A DNA stretch of 57,522 nt from NCBI GenBank assembly GCA_003510435.1, contig DOMK01000020.1, positions 1-57,522 of the forward strand, written 5' to 3'. This DNA is from Candidatus Magasanikiibacteriota bacterium (lineage in GTDB: Bacteria; Patescibacteriota; Patescibacteriia; Magasanikbacterales; UBA922). The position numbers and the translations under genes were made by a program. Of the stretch, positions 8,993 to 16,299 are shown piece after piece. Position 1 is the stretch's first letter; each line of letters opens with the position of its first letter. The notes beneath the pieces are model-generated. The model was given only the letters and a program-made list of their open reading frames with translations. It made no database searches and was not told the origin of the DNA.

Positions 8993-9718
8993 TTACTGTG
9001 AAGAGGTTGATTTTAAAGCAGACATATAATTTTTTAATACAAAAATGGCTTCTTTTTTTAAATTATTTTTTACCCAATTTTTTTCTTTGTCATTTAGTAA
9101 TTCTCCCAATCCACGCAACATCTGATTATCTTTTATGGTTTCAATAATTGTTATACAGCTAGACAAATACTCTGTATTGCTTTTTTGGCTACGGGTTTCC
9201 AATACCATTCGTTCAATATCCCAGTTTTCTTTACCAAAAAAATATATATCATAAACATCGCGGGCGGCAGTTTCCTTGCGTTCGGATAGGGCCATAAGTT
9301 TACTGGCAAATAAGTAGTCTTTTTTGGCCACAAACATTGCTATGCCCAAGAATTCTTTTATTTGATAATGTTTTTTAATATCCGGCAACAATGTGCGTGT
9401 ATTTATTTCTATTTTAATATTATGCTCGGTATCGCCATAGGATAACAAGAAAAACAGAGTGAATCGTTTAATTTTCTCGTCTTTTATTTGACCATATGAT
9501 AGTAAAATATTTTTAATTTTGTCCATTACTATTTTTTGGGTTTTTTCGTCAGCGGTTAGCAAGTCAAAATCCAAATCCACTGAAAAACGCGGTAGGTTAT
9601 AAAAAAAATACGCGCAGGTACCACCTTTGAAACCCAATAAAGAAGAAATGGTGGTGTCAGTATAAATGTCTCGTAATATTTTCCCCATGATTAATTGATG
9701 AATTTCTTTATTCAGCAT
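8993..9718 (-). CDS. abiEii: AbiEii-family nucleotidyltransferase toxin
   Basis: FKGGT...RFSVDLDF, KIEI, K..AL..RK...RDVYD; overlaps the upstream antitoxin gene by 11 nt. Confidence 0.85.
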   Translation of the reverse strand: MLNKEIHQLIMGKILRDIYTDTTISSLLGFKGGTCAYFFYNLPRFSVDLDFDLLTADEKTQKIVMDKIKNILLSYGQIKDEKIKRFTLFFLLSYGDTEHNIKIEINTRTLLPDIKKHYQIKEFLGIAMFVAKKDYLFASKLMALSERKETAARDVYDIYFFGKENWDIERMVLETRSQKSNTEYLSSCITIIETIKDNQMLRGLGELLNDKEKNWVKNNLKKEAIFVLKNYMSALKSTSSQ

Positions 9719-10280
9719 ATTGTTTAAAGTAATTATTTAGCCGTTTAATTAATTGTTGATTGTTGTAAATTTTTACCAAGGCAAAACATTTTTCCCAATT
9801 TATTTGGGATAGATTGTCAAAATAGTATTTTGGATATAAGTAAATGGTGTCCAAAAAAGCTCGTTCAACCGTGGCAATGCTAAAGCCATTATTATTAATT
9901 ATTCCGTCAGTGTTAAACAAAATTCTGTCTTTTAATTTTCTAAAAGTGAAATTATATTTATCCATTTTTAAAGTTTTAGGCCATTTTCCTGCCACAAAAA
10001 TTGTTTCATAATACTGAAAAATAACTCCAGCTTCGCGTAAAACTGTTTCAAAACTAATATATGACGGAGTATAGATGCTGGTGGCTAATTCTTTGGGATT
10101 ATAATTTGTATCCTTTACAAAAATACCGCGACTCAATCTAATTAAAGCGCCAGTTTTGACATAGTATGAGGTTTTAGCTTTTAAATTGTTAACATTGGTT
10201 TCTTCCCAAATCAAAGCCAGATCTTTAATATTTAAGACTGTTTTTGGGGATTTATACAATTTTGCAATCAGATTATCCAT
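9708..10280 (-). CDS. abiEi: AbiEi-family antitoxin/transcriptional regulator
   Basis: N-terminal wHTH-like segment ending LIRLSRGIF, PSYISFETVL..AGVI.Q, ATVERAFLDTIY. Confidence 0.8.
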   Translation of the reverse strand: MDNLIAKLYKSPKTVLNIKDLALIWEETNVNNLKAKTSYYVKTGALIRLSRGIFVKDTNYNPKELATSIYTPSYISFETVLREAGVIFQYYETIFVAGKWPKTLKMDKYNFTFRKLKDRILFNTDGIINNNGFSIATVERAFLDTIYLYPKYYFDNLSQINWEKCFALVKIYNNQQLIKRLNNYFKQYAE

Positions 10281-10315
10281 ATTGTTAGATTTAAGTTATG
10301 TTTACCCTTACTTCC

Positions 10316-10376
10316 ATTATACATTATTTAGACTGTCTTGTCAAGTATTGACAAAGACGACTTTTTTTGATATACT
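10316..10376. promoter_or_regulatory. Back-to-back divergent sigma70 promoters sharing a TTGTCAA-GTA-TTGACAA palindrome
   Basis: Minus strand: TTGACA(10344-10339)-17-TATAAT(10321-10316). Plus strand: TTGACA(10348-10353)-17-TATACT(10371-10376). Confidence 0.85.
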
Positions 10377-10455
10377 TGTCTGTTTAGTAAGATAGGATTA
10401 CTGTATCTAAACACAAAAAGGCTTAAATAAGCCAAAATTTTGTTCATTACAACTG

Positions 10456-10603
10456 TTCCAACGTGAAAAATAGTTTTTTGTATTTATAAAAATTATTTTT
10501 CGCGTTGGAAACAACGTGTTTACCTATATATTTAGCAATCGGTTTAGCGTTGCGAAAGCAGTCAGCGTGATGGTCACGCAGTCTGCACAGTTCTTGTTAC
10601 TGG
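10456..10603 (+). repeat. Conserved structured leader, copy 1
   Basis: TTCCAACGTGAA...TTCGCGTTGGAA hairpin, then ACAACGTGTTTA, TCGGTTT, GCAGTC-hairpin and CAG..CTGGTT; repeated at 11406-11553. Confidence 0.85.
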
Positions 10604-10661
10604 TTCCTCAACGCCGCGTCTTGCTTGCAAGCAGACACATGCGGCACGAAAGGAGGTCGTC

Positions 10662-11129
10662 ATGATGACGACCCGCTCCTCGCTCCTCGCTCTTACCCTG
10701 GCCACCATCCTCTACACCCTCGTGGGATGTGGACCCGCGCCGCAGTCCGTATACTGCGAACGATGGATGACCAGCATGTGCACGTTGCATGAGACGTGCA
10801 CCGAAGTGCCGAGCGACAACCTCGTCTCCAACATGACCTTGGCCACCATGTGGCCAGATGATTGTAAGGAGATGGAACAATCACACATCTTTCGACTGTC
10901 GAGTATCAACTACTCCACCTGCCAGATCACGTACTATACTGGCATGGGGTACAAGGTATTCCAAATGTATGATTGCAACATCGTCGGTTCCGGATACACC
11001 TGGTTAATGCGTGATATGGAGGATTGTGACTACATGCAGGACGATCAGTGCGAGGACGGCGACCCCGACACCGAGGACTTCTGCGGGGATTACTACTACC
11101 CCAACGAGTGCCTCTACCGCGTCAAGTAG
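10662..11129 (+). CDS. GC-rich Cys-rich putative lipoprotein
   Basis: SD AGGAGG at 10651-10656; signal peptide with lipobox LVGC; 10 further Cys; C-terminal CEDGDPDTEDFC. Confidence 0.7.
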   Translation: MMTTRSSLLALTLATILYTLVGCGPAPQSVYCERWMTSMCTLHETCTEVPSDNLVSNMTLATMWPDDCKEMEQSHIFRLSSINYSTCQITYYTGMGYKVFQMYDCNIVGSGYTWLMRDMEDCDYMQDDQCEDGDPDTEDFCGDYYYPNECLYRVK

Positions 11130-11287
11130 GCACGACGCGGACAACACCGCCCACACTCGTGGGGGACCGCAGGTGACCTTCCCGACTCGTTCTTTCGAGC
11201 CATTAGTTCTTTCAAAGGAGGACGAGGCGGGTGGCAGTGATGCGTTCATACAATGCGCACACTGATCCACTCGCCTCGAGGCTATGA

Positions 11288-11330
11288 CGAGATTTATCTT
11301 TATTATAAAAGAGGGGAAAGATAAATCTCG
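11288..11330. repeat. 14-bp perfect inverted repeat between the two GC-rich units
   Basis: CGAGATTTATCTTT / AAAGATAAATCTCG, preceded by the palindrome GCCTCGAGGC. Confidence 0.75.
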
Positions 11331-11405
11331 GCTTCAATTGCTTTATTCTTTTTTTAAAAAAGGATAGAGTTGAGAAGAAAAAATTAAATTTGATCTTTAA
11401 AAATT

Positions 11406-11553
11406 TTCCAACGTGAAGAATAGTTTTTATTATTTTAAAGATTGTCTTTCACGTTGGAAACAACGTGTTTAATATATATCTGGTAGTGTTTTCGTTTCGG
11501 TTTCAATATAGCAGTCTACGCGAAGGTCGCGTTGGTTGCCCAGGTTTTCTGGT
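11406..11553 (+). repeat. Conserved structured leader, copy 2
   Basis: TTCCAACGTGAA...TTCACGTTGGAA-ACAACGTGTTTA, TCGGTTT, GCAGTC-hairpin, CAG..CTGGTT. Confidence 0.85.
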
Positions 11554-11605
11554 TACGCAGAGTCGTATTGCCAAAAAGGCTTAAACGACTAAAGGAGAAC
11601 GCCCC

Positions 11606-12064
11606 ATGAATCTCGACTCTTTCATTCTTCTGGTTATTGTTCTGTTCAAGGGTGTCACCCCATCCACCCCCATAGTTCAGGAGAGTTTCAGCCTGGTGTT
11701 CTCGAACATCGAGTTCGAGGCCGGCCGGGTCACCCTGACCGAGAAGTCAAGGGCTATCCTTGACGACATCGCCAGGGAGCTACGATGCTACCCCGGTATT
11801 AAGGTGCGGGTCGAGGGGCATACCGACGGCCGGGAAGTCGTCGGCTTCAACGCCAACCTTGTTCTGTCCCAGGAGCGGGCGTTGAAGGTGCTCGTGTACT
11901 TAACGACGCAAGGTGGTATGCCTTCCTCCCTCTTAGACTATAGAGGGTATGGGGCTGAACTGCCCATATCAGGGGGATACACCACCAGTGCCCGAGAAAA
12001 AAATCGGCACGTGGAGTTCCATGTGACCGATATAAGCACGTTTCACAACGTGTGTGACGAATAG
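11606..12064 (+). CDS. GC-rich OmpA/MotB C-terminal-like peptidoglycan-binding domain protein
   Basis: IEFEAG, VEGHTD, N..LSQERA, GYGAELP, NRHVEF; hydrophobic N-terminus; SD AAGGAG at 11592-11597. Confidence 0.85.
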   Translation: MNLDSFILLVIVLFKGVTPSTPIVQESFSLVFSNIEFEAGRVTLTEKSRAILDDIARELRCYPGIKVRVEGHTDGREVVGFNANLVLSQERALKVLVYLTTQGGMPSSLLDYRGYGAELPISGGYTTSAREKNRHVEFHVTDISTFHNVCDE

Positions 12065-12289
12065 TCATACCAGCACCACGGCTGGCAACACCGTGGTCGA
12101 TGGCAGTTTCTAGTGCCATACGTTAGCCTTTGCCTGCAAAGGTAAGGAAAACTAGAAAATGGTGTGCCAGACGCGTTAAGCGTTGTGGCATCCATAACTC
12201 GACCTGCGAGACAGAACCCGGGGGGACTTGTTCCACCGCGCCTCACTCACAGGTCCCCCCGTTGTAGTTTATAATTAAATCTTTTTATT

Positions 12290-12394
12290 CCTAGAGGCTT
12301 GCCTCGAGGTTTCCTTGCAGGGAAGAGTTTGAGAAACCGTAGGTTTTTCAAAAAACACTTCCTTGATGGATACCCCGTCAGCTTGCTGCGGGGT
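12290..12394. repeat. ~105-nt element bounded by two GCTTGC-centred hairpins
   Basis: CCTAGAG-GCTTGC-CTCGAGG (12290-12309) and ACCCCGTCA-GCTTGC-TGCGGGGT (12372-12394). Confidence 0.55.
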
Positions 12395-12427
12395 CATTCA
12401 TTTGTAATTTGCAACGGAGAACATTAA

Positions 12428-12462
12428 ATAAAAAAACTCGCTTTGTTGGCGAGTTTTTATTT
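12428..12462. terminator. Bidirectional-type terminator downstream of the SemiSWEET gene
   Basis: AAAAACTCGC/GCGAGTTTTT stem with A and T tracts. Confidence 0.65.
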
Positions 12463-12471
12463 TTTGTTGTT

Positions 12472-12732
12472 TTAGATTATGGCTGTGATAGCTGTAATAA
12501 TACCCAAGATTATTCCTGGAATATTGGCAATAATAATGGGCCAGTCTTTTTTGGTTTTTAAAACACCGTATAATGTCCAGGCCGTGCAATTTATAGTAGT
12601 TATAATTGGCAAGACAATTGATCCTGGTTGACCCGCTAGATTTAATCTAATTTGATCAATGTAAGAAAAATACATGGCAACTGCCATGAAGGAAGCAAAC
12701 CAGCCGATTTTGTCTGTGATTTTTTGGTTCAT
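12472..12732 (-). CDS. SemiSWEET/PQ-loop family sugar transporter
   Basis: 86 aa with three hydrophobic helices; YIDQI, N...W..YG..K..KDWPII.AN.PG. Confidence 0.8.
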   Translation of the reverse strand: MNQKITDKIGWFASFMAVAMYFSYIDQIRLNLAGQPGSIVLPIITTINCTAWTLYGVLKTKKDWPIIIANIPGIILGIITAITAII

Positions 12733-12746
12733 ATTTTTTTTGTATA

Positions 12747-12831
12747 ATTCTGAGCCCCGTCATTCAATGGAATAAGTATTGCTTTTGTTGGTGCAGTGAA
12801 GTAAGGGATTCTTCGCTACGCTCAGAATGAC
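12747..12831. repeat. GTCAT/ATGAC-family palindromic element (intergenic)
   Basis: ATTCTGAGC (12747-12755) pairs with GCTCAGAAT; right arm GGGATTCTTCGCTACGCTCAGAATGAC resembles the right arm at 37164-37200. Confidence 0.65.
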
Positions 12832-12854
12832 AGTATTATACCTAAAAATCAACA

Positions 12855-12883
12855 TTGAAACAAACTAATATTTTTGGTATAAT
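12855..12883 (+). promoter_or_regulatory. Putative sigma70 promoter of gpmI-1
   Basis: TTGAAA-17 nt-TATAAT. Confidence 0.65.
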
Positions 12884-12892
12884 GTCTTTACT

Positions 12893-14485
12893 ATGCTAAA
12901 AAAAGAAAAAACTCAGCGAAAACCAATAGTTTTAGCCATTTTGGATGGTTTTGCTTTGGCGAGTCAAAAGAATAAGGGCAATGCTATTACTCCAGAGACA
13001 GCGCCACATATTTTTTCTTATCTCAAAAAATATGCCAATTCTACTCTCAAAACTTGGGGAGAAAATGTTGGTCTATTTCCTGGTCAACAGGGTAATTCTG
13101 AAGCTGGGCATATAAATATTGGTGCGGGTAGAATTGTAAAGCAAGATTTGGTCGTAATTTCCGAAGCCATTCATGATGGGACTTTTTTCAAAAATGAGGC
13201 TTTTAAACAAGCGATTCATCATATCAAAAAATATAATACCGCTGTCCATGTGATGGGTTTGCTTACTGATGGCAATAGCGCTCATGCTTATCCCGAGCAT
13301 TTTTATGCCATGTTAGAATTATTCCGTCGGGAAGGTATAGACAAAGTTTATTTGCATTTGTTTACTGATGGCCGAGATTCGTCTCCCCATGGGGCGGCTC
13401 ATTTTCTCAAAGAATTGCGTGGACACATGTTAGGTCAAGAAAAAATCGCGACGATTATGGGTCGGTTTTATGCTATGGATAGAAACAAAATTTGGGAAAG
13501 AACCGAGAAAGCTTACGAAGCCATGGTTTTGGGCAAGGGCTGTGTAGCTCTGAGTGCCGAAGAAGCTTTGGAACAGTCATACAATCGAGGTGACACTGAT
13601 GAATATATTTGTCCGTCAGTCATTGTAGAACCCGTCTCCGCTAAAGCTTCGCCGGGCAAGAATAATAAACCTACAGGCCTAATAAAAGATAATGATGCGA
13701 TTTTTTTTGTTAATGCGAGAAGTGATCGCGCTCGGCAAATTACCAAAGCTTTTGTCCAATCAGATTTTAATAAATTGAATCCTGGTTCTTTCAAAAGAAC
13801 CAAAGTACCACAGAATACTCGCTTTGTGGCTATGACAGATTTTGGTCCAGATTTACCAGATATTTTTACAGCTTTCCCTAGCCCAGATATTGCCAATTGT
13901 TTGCCTTTAGTCGTGGATGGTAATTATAAACAATTATATATTTCGGAAACAGAAAAATATGCGCATGTCACCTACTTTATCAATGGTGGTTTTGCTGATC
14001 CACTCAATGGTGAAGAGCGAGAACTAATAAAATCACCACCAATTCGTTCTTATGCTGATAAGCCAGAGATGAATACCAAATTAATGGTAGAAAAAATTGT
14101 AAAATATTTAAATACTGGTAAATATAATTTTATTTGTGTTAATTTTCCCAATACTGATATGGTAGGTCATACGGGAGATTTAATCGCTGCCAAAGAAGCG
14201 GTTTTAGTCGTTGATAATGCAGTCGCCAAAATTGTGGAAACAGTTTTAAAATTAGACGGGCAAATGTTAATCACGGCTGATCACGGCAATGCGGATGAAA
14301 TGATAAATGAAAAGACTGGAGAAATAATGACTGAACACACCAAGAATCCAGTGCCATTTATTTTAGTGAAAAAAGGTAAGAAAACAAAAATGAAAAATGG
14401 TATTTTGGCGGATGTGGCGCCAACACTTTTGAAATTGATGGAAATAAAACAGCCGAAAGAAATGAGTGGTAAAGCGTTGCTATAA
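12893..14485 (+). CDS. gpmI: 2,3-bisphosphoglycerate-independent phosphoglycerate mutase, copy 1
   Basis: LAILDG, GNSEAGH, DGRD, GRFYAMDR, ETEKYAHVT, DMVGHTG, DHGNA. Confidence 0.93.
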   Translation: MLKKEKTQRKPIVLAILDGFALASQKNKGNAITPETAPHIFSYLKKYANSTLKTWGENVGLFPGQQGNSEAGHINIGAGRIVKQDLVVISEAIHDGTFFKNEAFKQAIHHIKKYNTAVHVMGLLTDGNSAHAYPEHFYAMLELFRREGIDKVYLHLFTDGRDSSPHGAAHFLKELRGHMLGQEKIATIMGRFYAMDRNKIWERTEKAYEAMVLGKGCVALSAEEALEQSYNRGDTDEYICPSVIVEPVSAKASPGKNNKPTGLIKDNDAIFFVNARSDRARQITKAFVQSDFNKLNPGSFKRTKVPQNTRFVAMTDFGPDLPDIFTAFPSPDIANCLPLVVDGNYKQLYISETEKYAHVTYFINGGFADPLNGEERELIKSPPIRSYADKPEMNTKLMVEKIVKYLNTGKYNFICVNFPNTDMVGHTGDLIAAKEAVLVVDNAVAKIVETVLKLDGQMLITADHGNADEMINEKTGEIMTEHTKNPVPFILVKKGKKTKMKNGILADVAPTLLKLMEIKQPKEMSGKALL

Positions 14486-14595
14486 TTTACGAATTTCCAA
14501 TTATCAATTTTCAAAAGCATTGAAAATTGTAAATTACTAAATTGAAATTTAAATCTATCCTTTATTGTTTTCAAATTTCGAATTTTTTATAAGTT

Positions 14596-16176
14596 ATGTC
14601 CAATAAAAATAAACCCGTAGTCTTAGCCATATTAGATGGTTGGGGAATTGCTCCAGATGGAGAAGGGAATGCGATTACCCGAGCCAAGACTCCCAATTTC
14701 AACAAATTTGTTCGAGAGTATCCAGTCATGACTCTTCATGCTTCGGGCAATGAAGTTGGTCTTATGTTTGGTCAAATGGGAAATTCTGAAGTTGGGCATT
14801 TAAATATTGGGGCGGGCCGAGTTTATTACCAATCATTACCACGAATTAATCATCATATTAATGATGAAAGTTTTTTTATTAATAAAGCTTTTTTGAGGGC
14901 GGCTGAACAAGTGAAAAAAAATGATTCTGCTTTGCACATTATTGGTCTTATTAGTCCGGGCAATGTACACTCTAGTCAAGATCATTGTTTTGCTTTGCTT
15001 GATTTTGCCAAAAGACAGAAAATAAAAAAAGTTTATATTCATGTTATTTTGGATGGTCGAGATTGTATCTATAATTCGGGAATTGATTTTGTTAAAGAAT
15101 TGCAAAAGAAAATAAAAGAATATCATCGTGGAGAAATTGCTTCTATCTCTGGTCGTTTTTTTGCTATGGACAGAGACAATCGTTGGGATAGAACAGAAAA
15201 AGCTTACAATGCCATGGCCATGGGGGTAGCAGCCAAATATTTTAAAGATCCAATTGATGCGATTGAAGAATCTTATAAACGAGAAGTTTATGATGAAGAA
15301 TTTGTACCAGTAGTAATAGGAAAAGAAGGTAAACCAACGGCCATTGTAAAAAATGGTGATGCTTGCATATTTTTTAATTTTCGTTCAGATCGAGTGCGTC
15401 AATTGACCAAAGCGTTTGTGTTGCCTGGTTTTAATAAATTTAAAAGAGAATATATTAAGGACCTGTGTTTTGTGACTATGACAGAATATGAAAAAGAATT
15501 ACCAATTGTGGTGGCTTATGGTCCACAAGTAGTACACAATTCTTTGGCTGAGACGATTAGTAAAGCGGGATTAAAACAGTATCATGTGGCCGAAACTACC
15601 AAGTATGCTCATATTACATATTTTCTTAATGGTACAGTGGAGGATCCTTTTCCTGGTGAAGATAGAAAAATTGTTTCATCAGTCATGGTATCATCTTATG
15701 ACCAAGCGCCAGAAATGTCGGCTGGAGAAATTACCAAGGAAGTAATCAAAGCGATTGAATCAGAAAAGTATGATGCTATTATGTTAAATTATGCCAATGT
15801 TGATATGGTGGGACATACTGGTAAAATGAAGGCCACTGTTGAAGCTTGTGAAATGGTAGACAAATGTTTGGGAGCAGTGGCTGAGCATGTGTTGGCAAAA
15901 AATGGTGTTTTACTCATTACCGCTGATCATGGTAATGCTGAAGAAGTAAAAAATTTGCAAACTGGAGCCATTGATAAAGAACATAGCACCAATCCAGTTC
16001 CTTTTATAATTATTAGTAATCCATTGCGTGGTCAAGCTGGTCCGACTGGGGATCCACCGGAGGGTGATCTTAGTTTGATGCCACCAGTAGGAATGCTGGG
16101 TGATGTCGCACCGACTATGCTTTCTATTATGGGAGTAGAAGTGCCGAAGGAGATGACGGGAAGAACGTTGTTGTAA
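14596..16176 (+). CDS. gpmI: 2,3-bisphosphoglycerate-independent phosphoglycerate mutase, copy 2
   Basis: LAILDGWG, QMGNSEVGH, DGRD, GRFFAMDRD, NFRSDR, DMVGHTG, DHGNAE. Confidence 0.95.
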   Translation: MSNKNKPVVLAILDGWGIAPDGEGNAITRAKTPNFNKFVREYPVMTLHASGNEVGLMFGQMGNSEVGHLNIGAGRVYYQSLPRINHHINDESFFINKAFLRAAEQVKKNDSALHIIGLISPGNVHSSQDHCFALLDFAKRQKIKKVYIHVILDGRDCIYNSGIDFVKELQKKIKEYHRGEIASISGRFFAMDRDNRWDRTEKAYNAMAMGVAAKYFKDPIDAIEESYKREVYDEEFVPVVIGKEGKPTAIVKNGDACIFFNFRSDRVRQLTKAFVLPGFNKFKREYIKDLCFVTMTEYEKELPIVVAYGPQVVHNSLAETISKAGLKQYHVAETTKYAHITYFLNGTVEDPFPGEDRKIVSSVMVSSYDQAPEMSAGEITKEVIKAIESEKYDAIMLNYANVDMVGHTGKMKATVEACEMVDKCLGAVAEHVLAKNGVLLITADHGNAEEVKNLQTGAIDKEHSTNPVPFIIISNPLRGQAGPTGDPPEGDLSLMPPVGMLGDVAPTMLSIMGVEVPKEMTGRTLL

Positions 16177-16299
16177 TTTACAAATTTTCATAATTTTCAA
16201 TTTTCAAACAGTAATTATTTTTTTGAAAATTGGTAAATTAGTAAATTGAAATTTAAAAACCATGGTTTTATCCACGGTTTTTTATTTTATATTTTAACT

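Noticed and set aside
10561-10600. c-di-GMP-I riboswitch (GGTCACGCA resembles a known example)
   Set aside because: The GGCAAA, GNRA tetraloop-receptor and GACGCAAAGC elements are absent, and the second leader copy does not share the match.
10608-11270. Alternative ORFs 10608-10880, 10693-10884, 10712-10909, 11004-11270, 11011-11265
   Set aside because: They overlap the SD-led lipoprotein gene; extra open frames are expected in GC-rich DNA; no motifs.
10456-11471. Leader hairpins as canonical integron attC sites
   Set aside because: They have AAC...GTT ends but do not fit RYYYAAC/GTTRRRY, pair better on the top strand, lie 150-280 nt from gene ends, and no intI is visible. Kept only as an analogy.
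11847-12246. Minus-strand ORFs 11847-12119 and 12043-12246
   Set aside because: Antisense to the OmpA-like gene and its structured trailer; no recognisable features.
11130-12262. Group I/II intron or RNA-virus remnant
   Set aside because: No domain V, P7 core, RT or RdRp motif seen.
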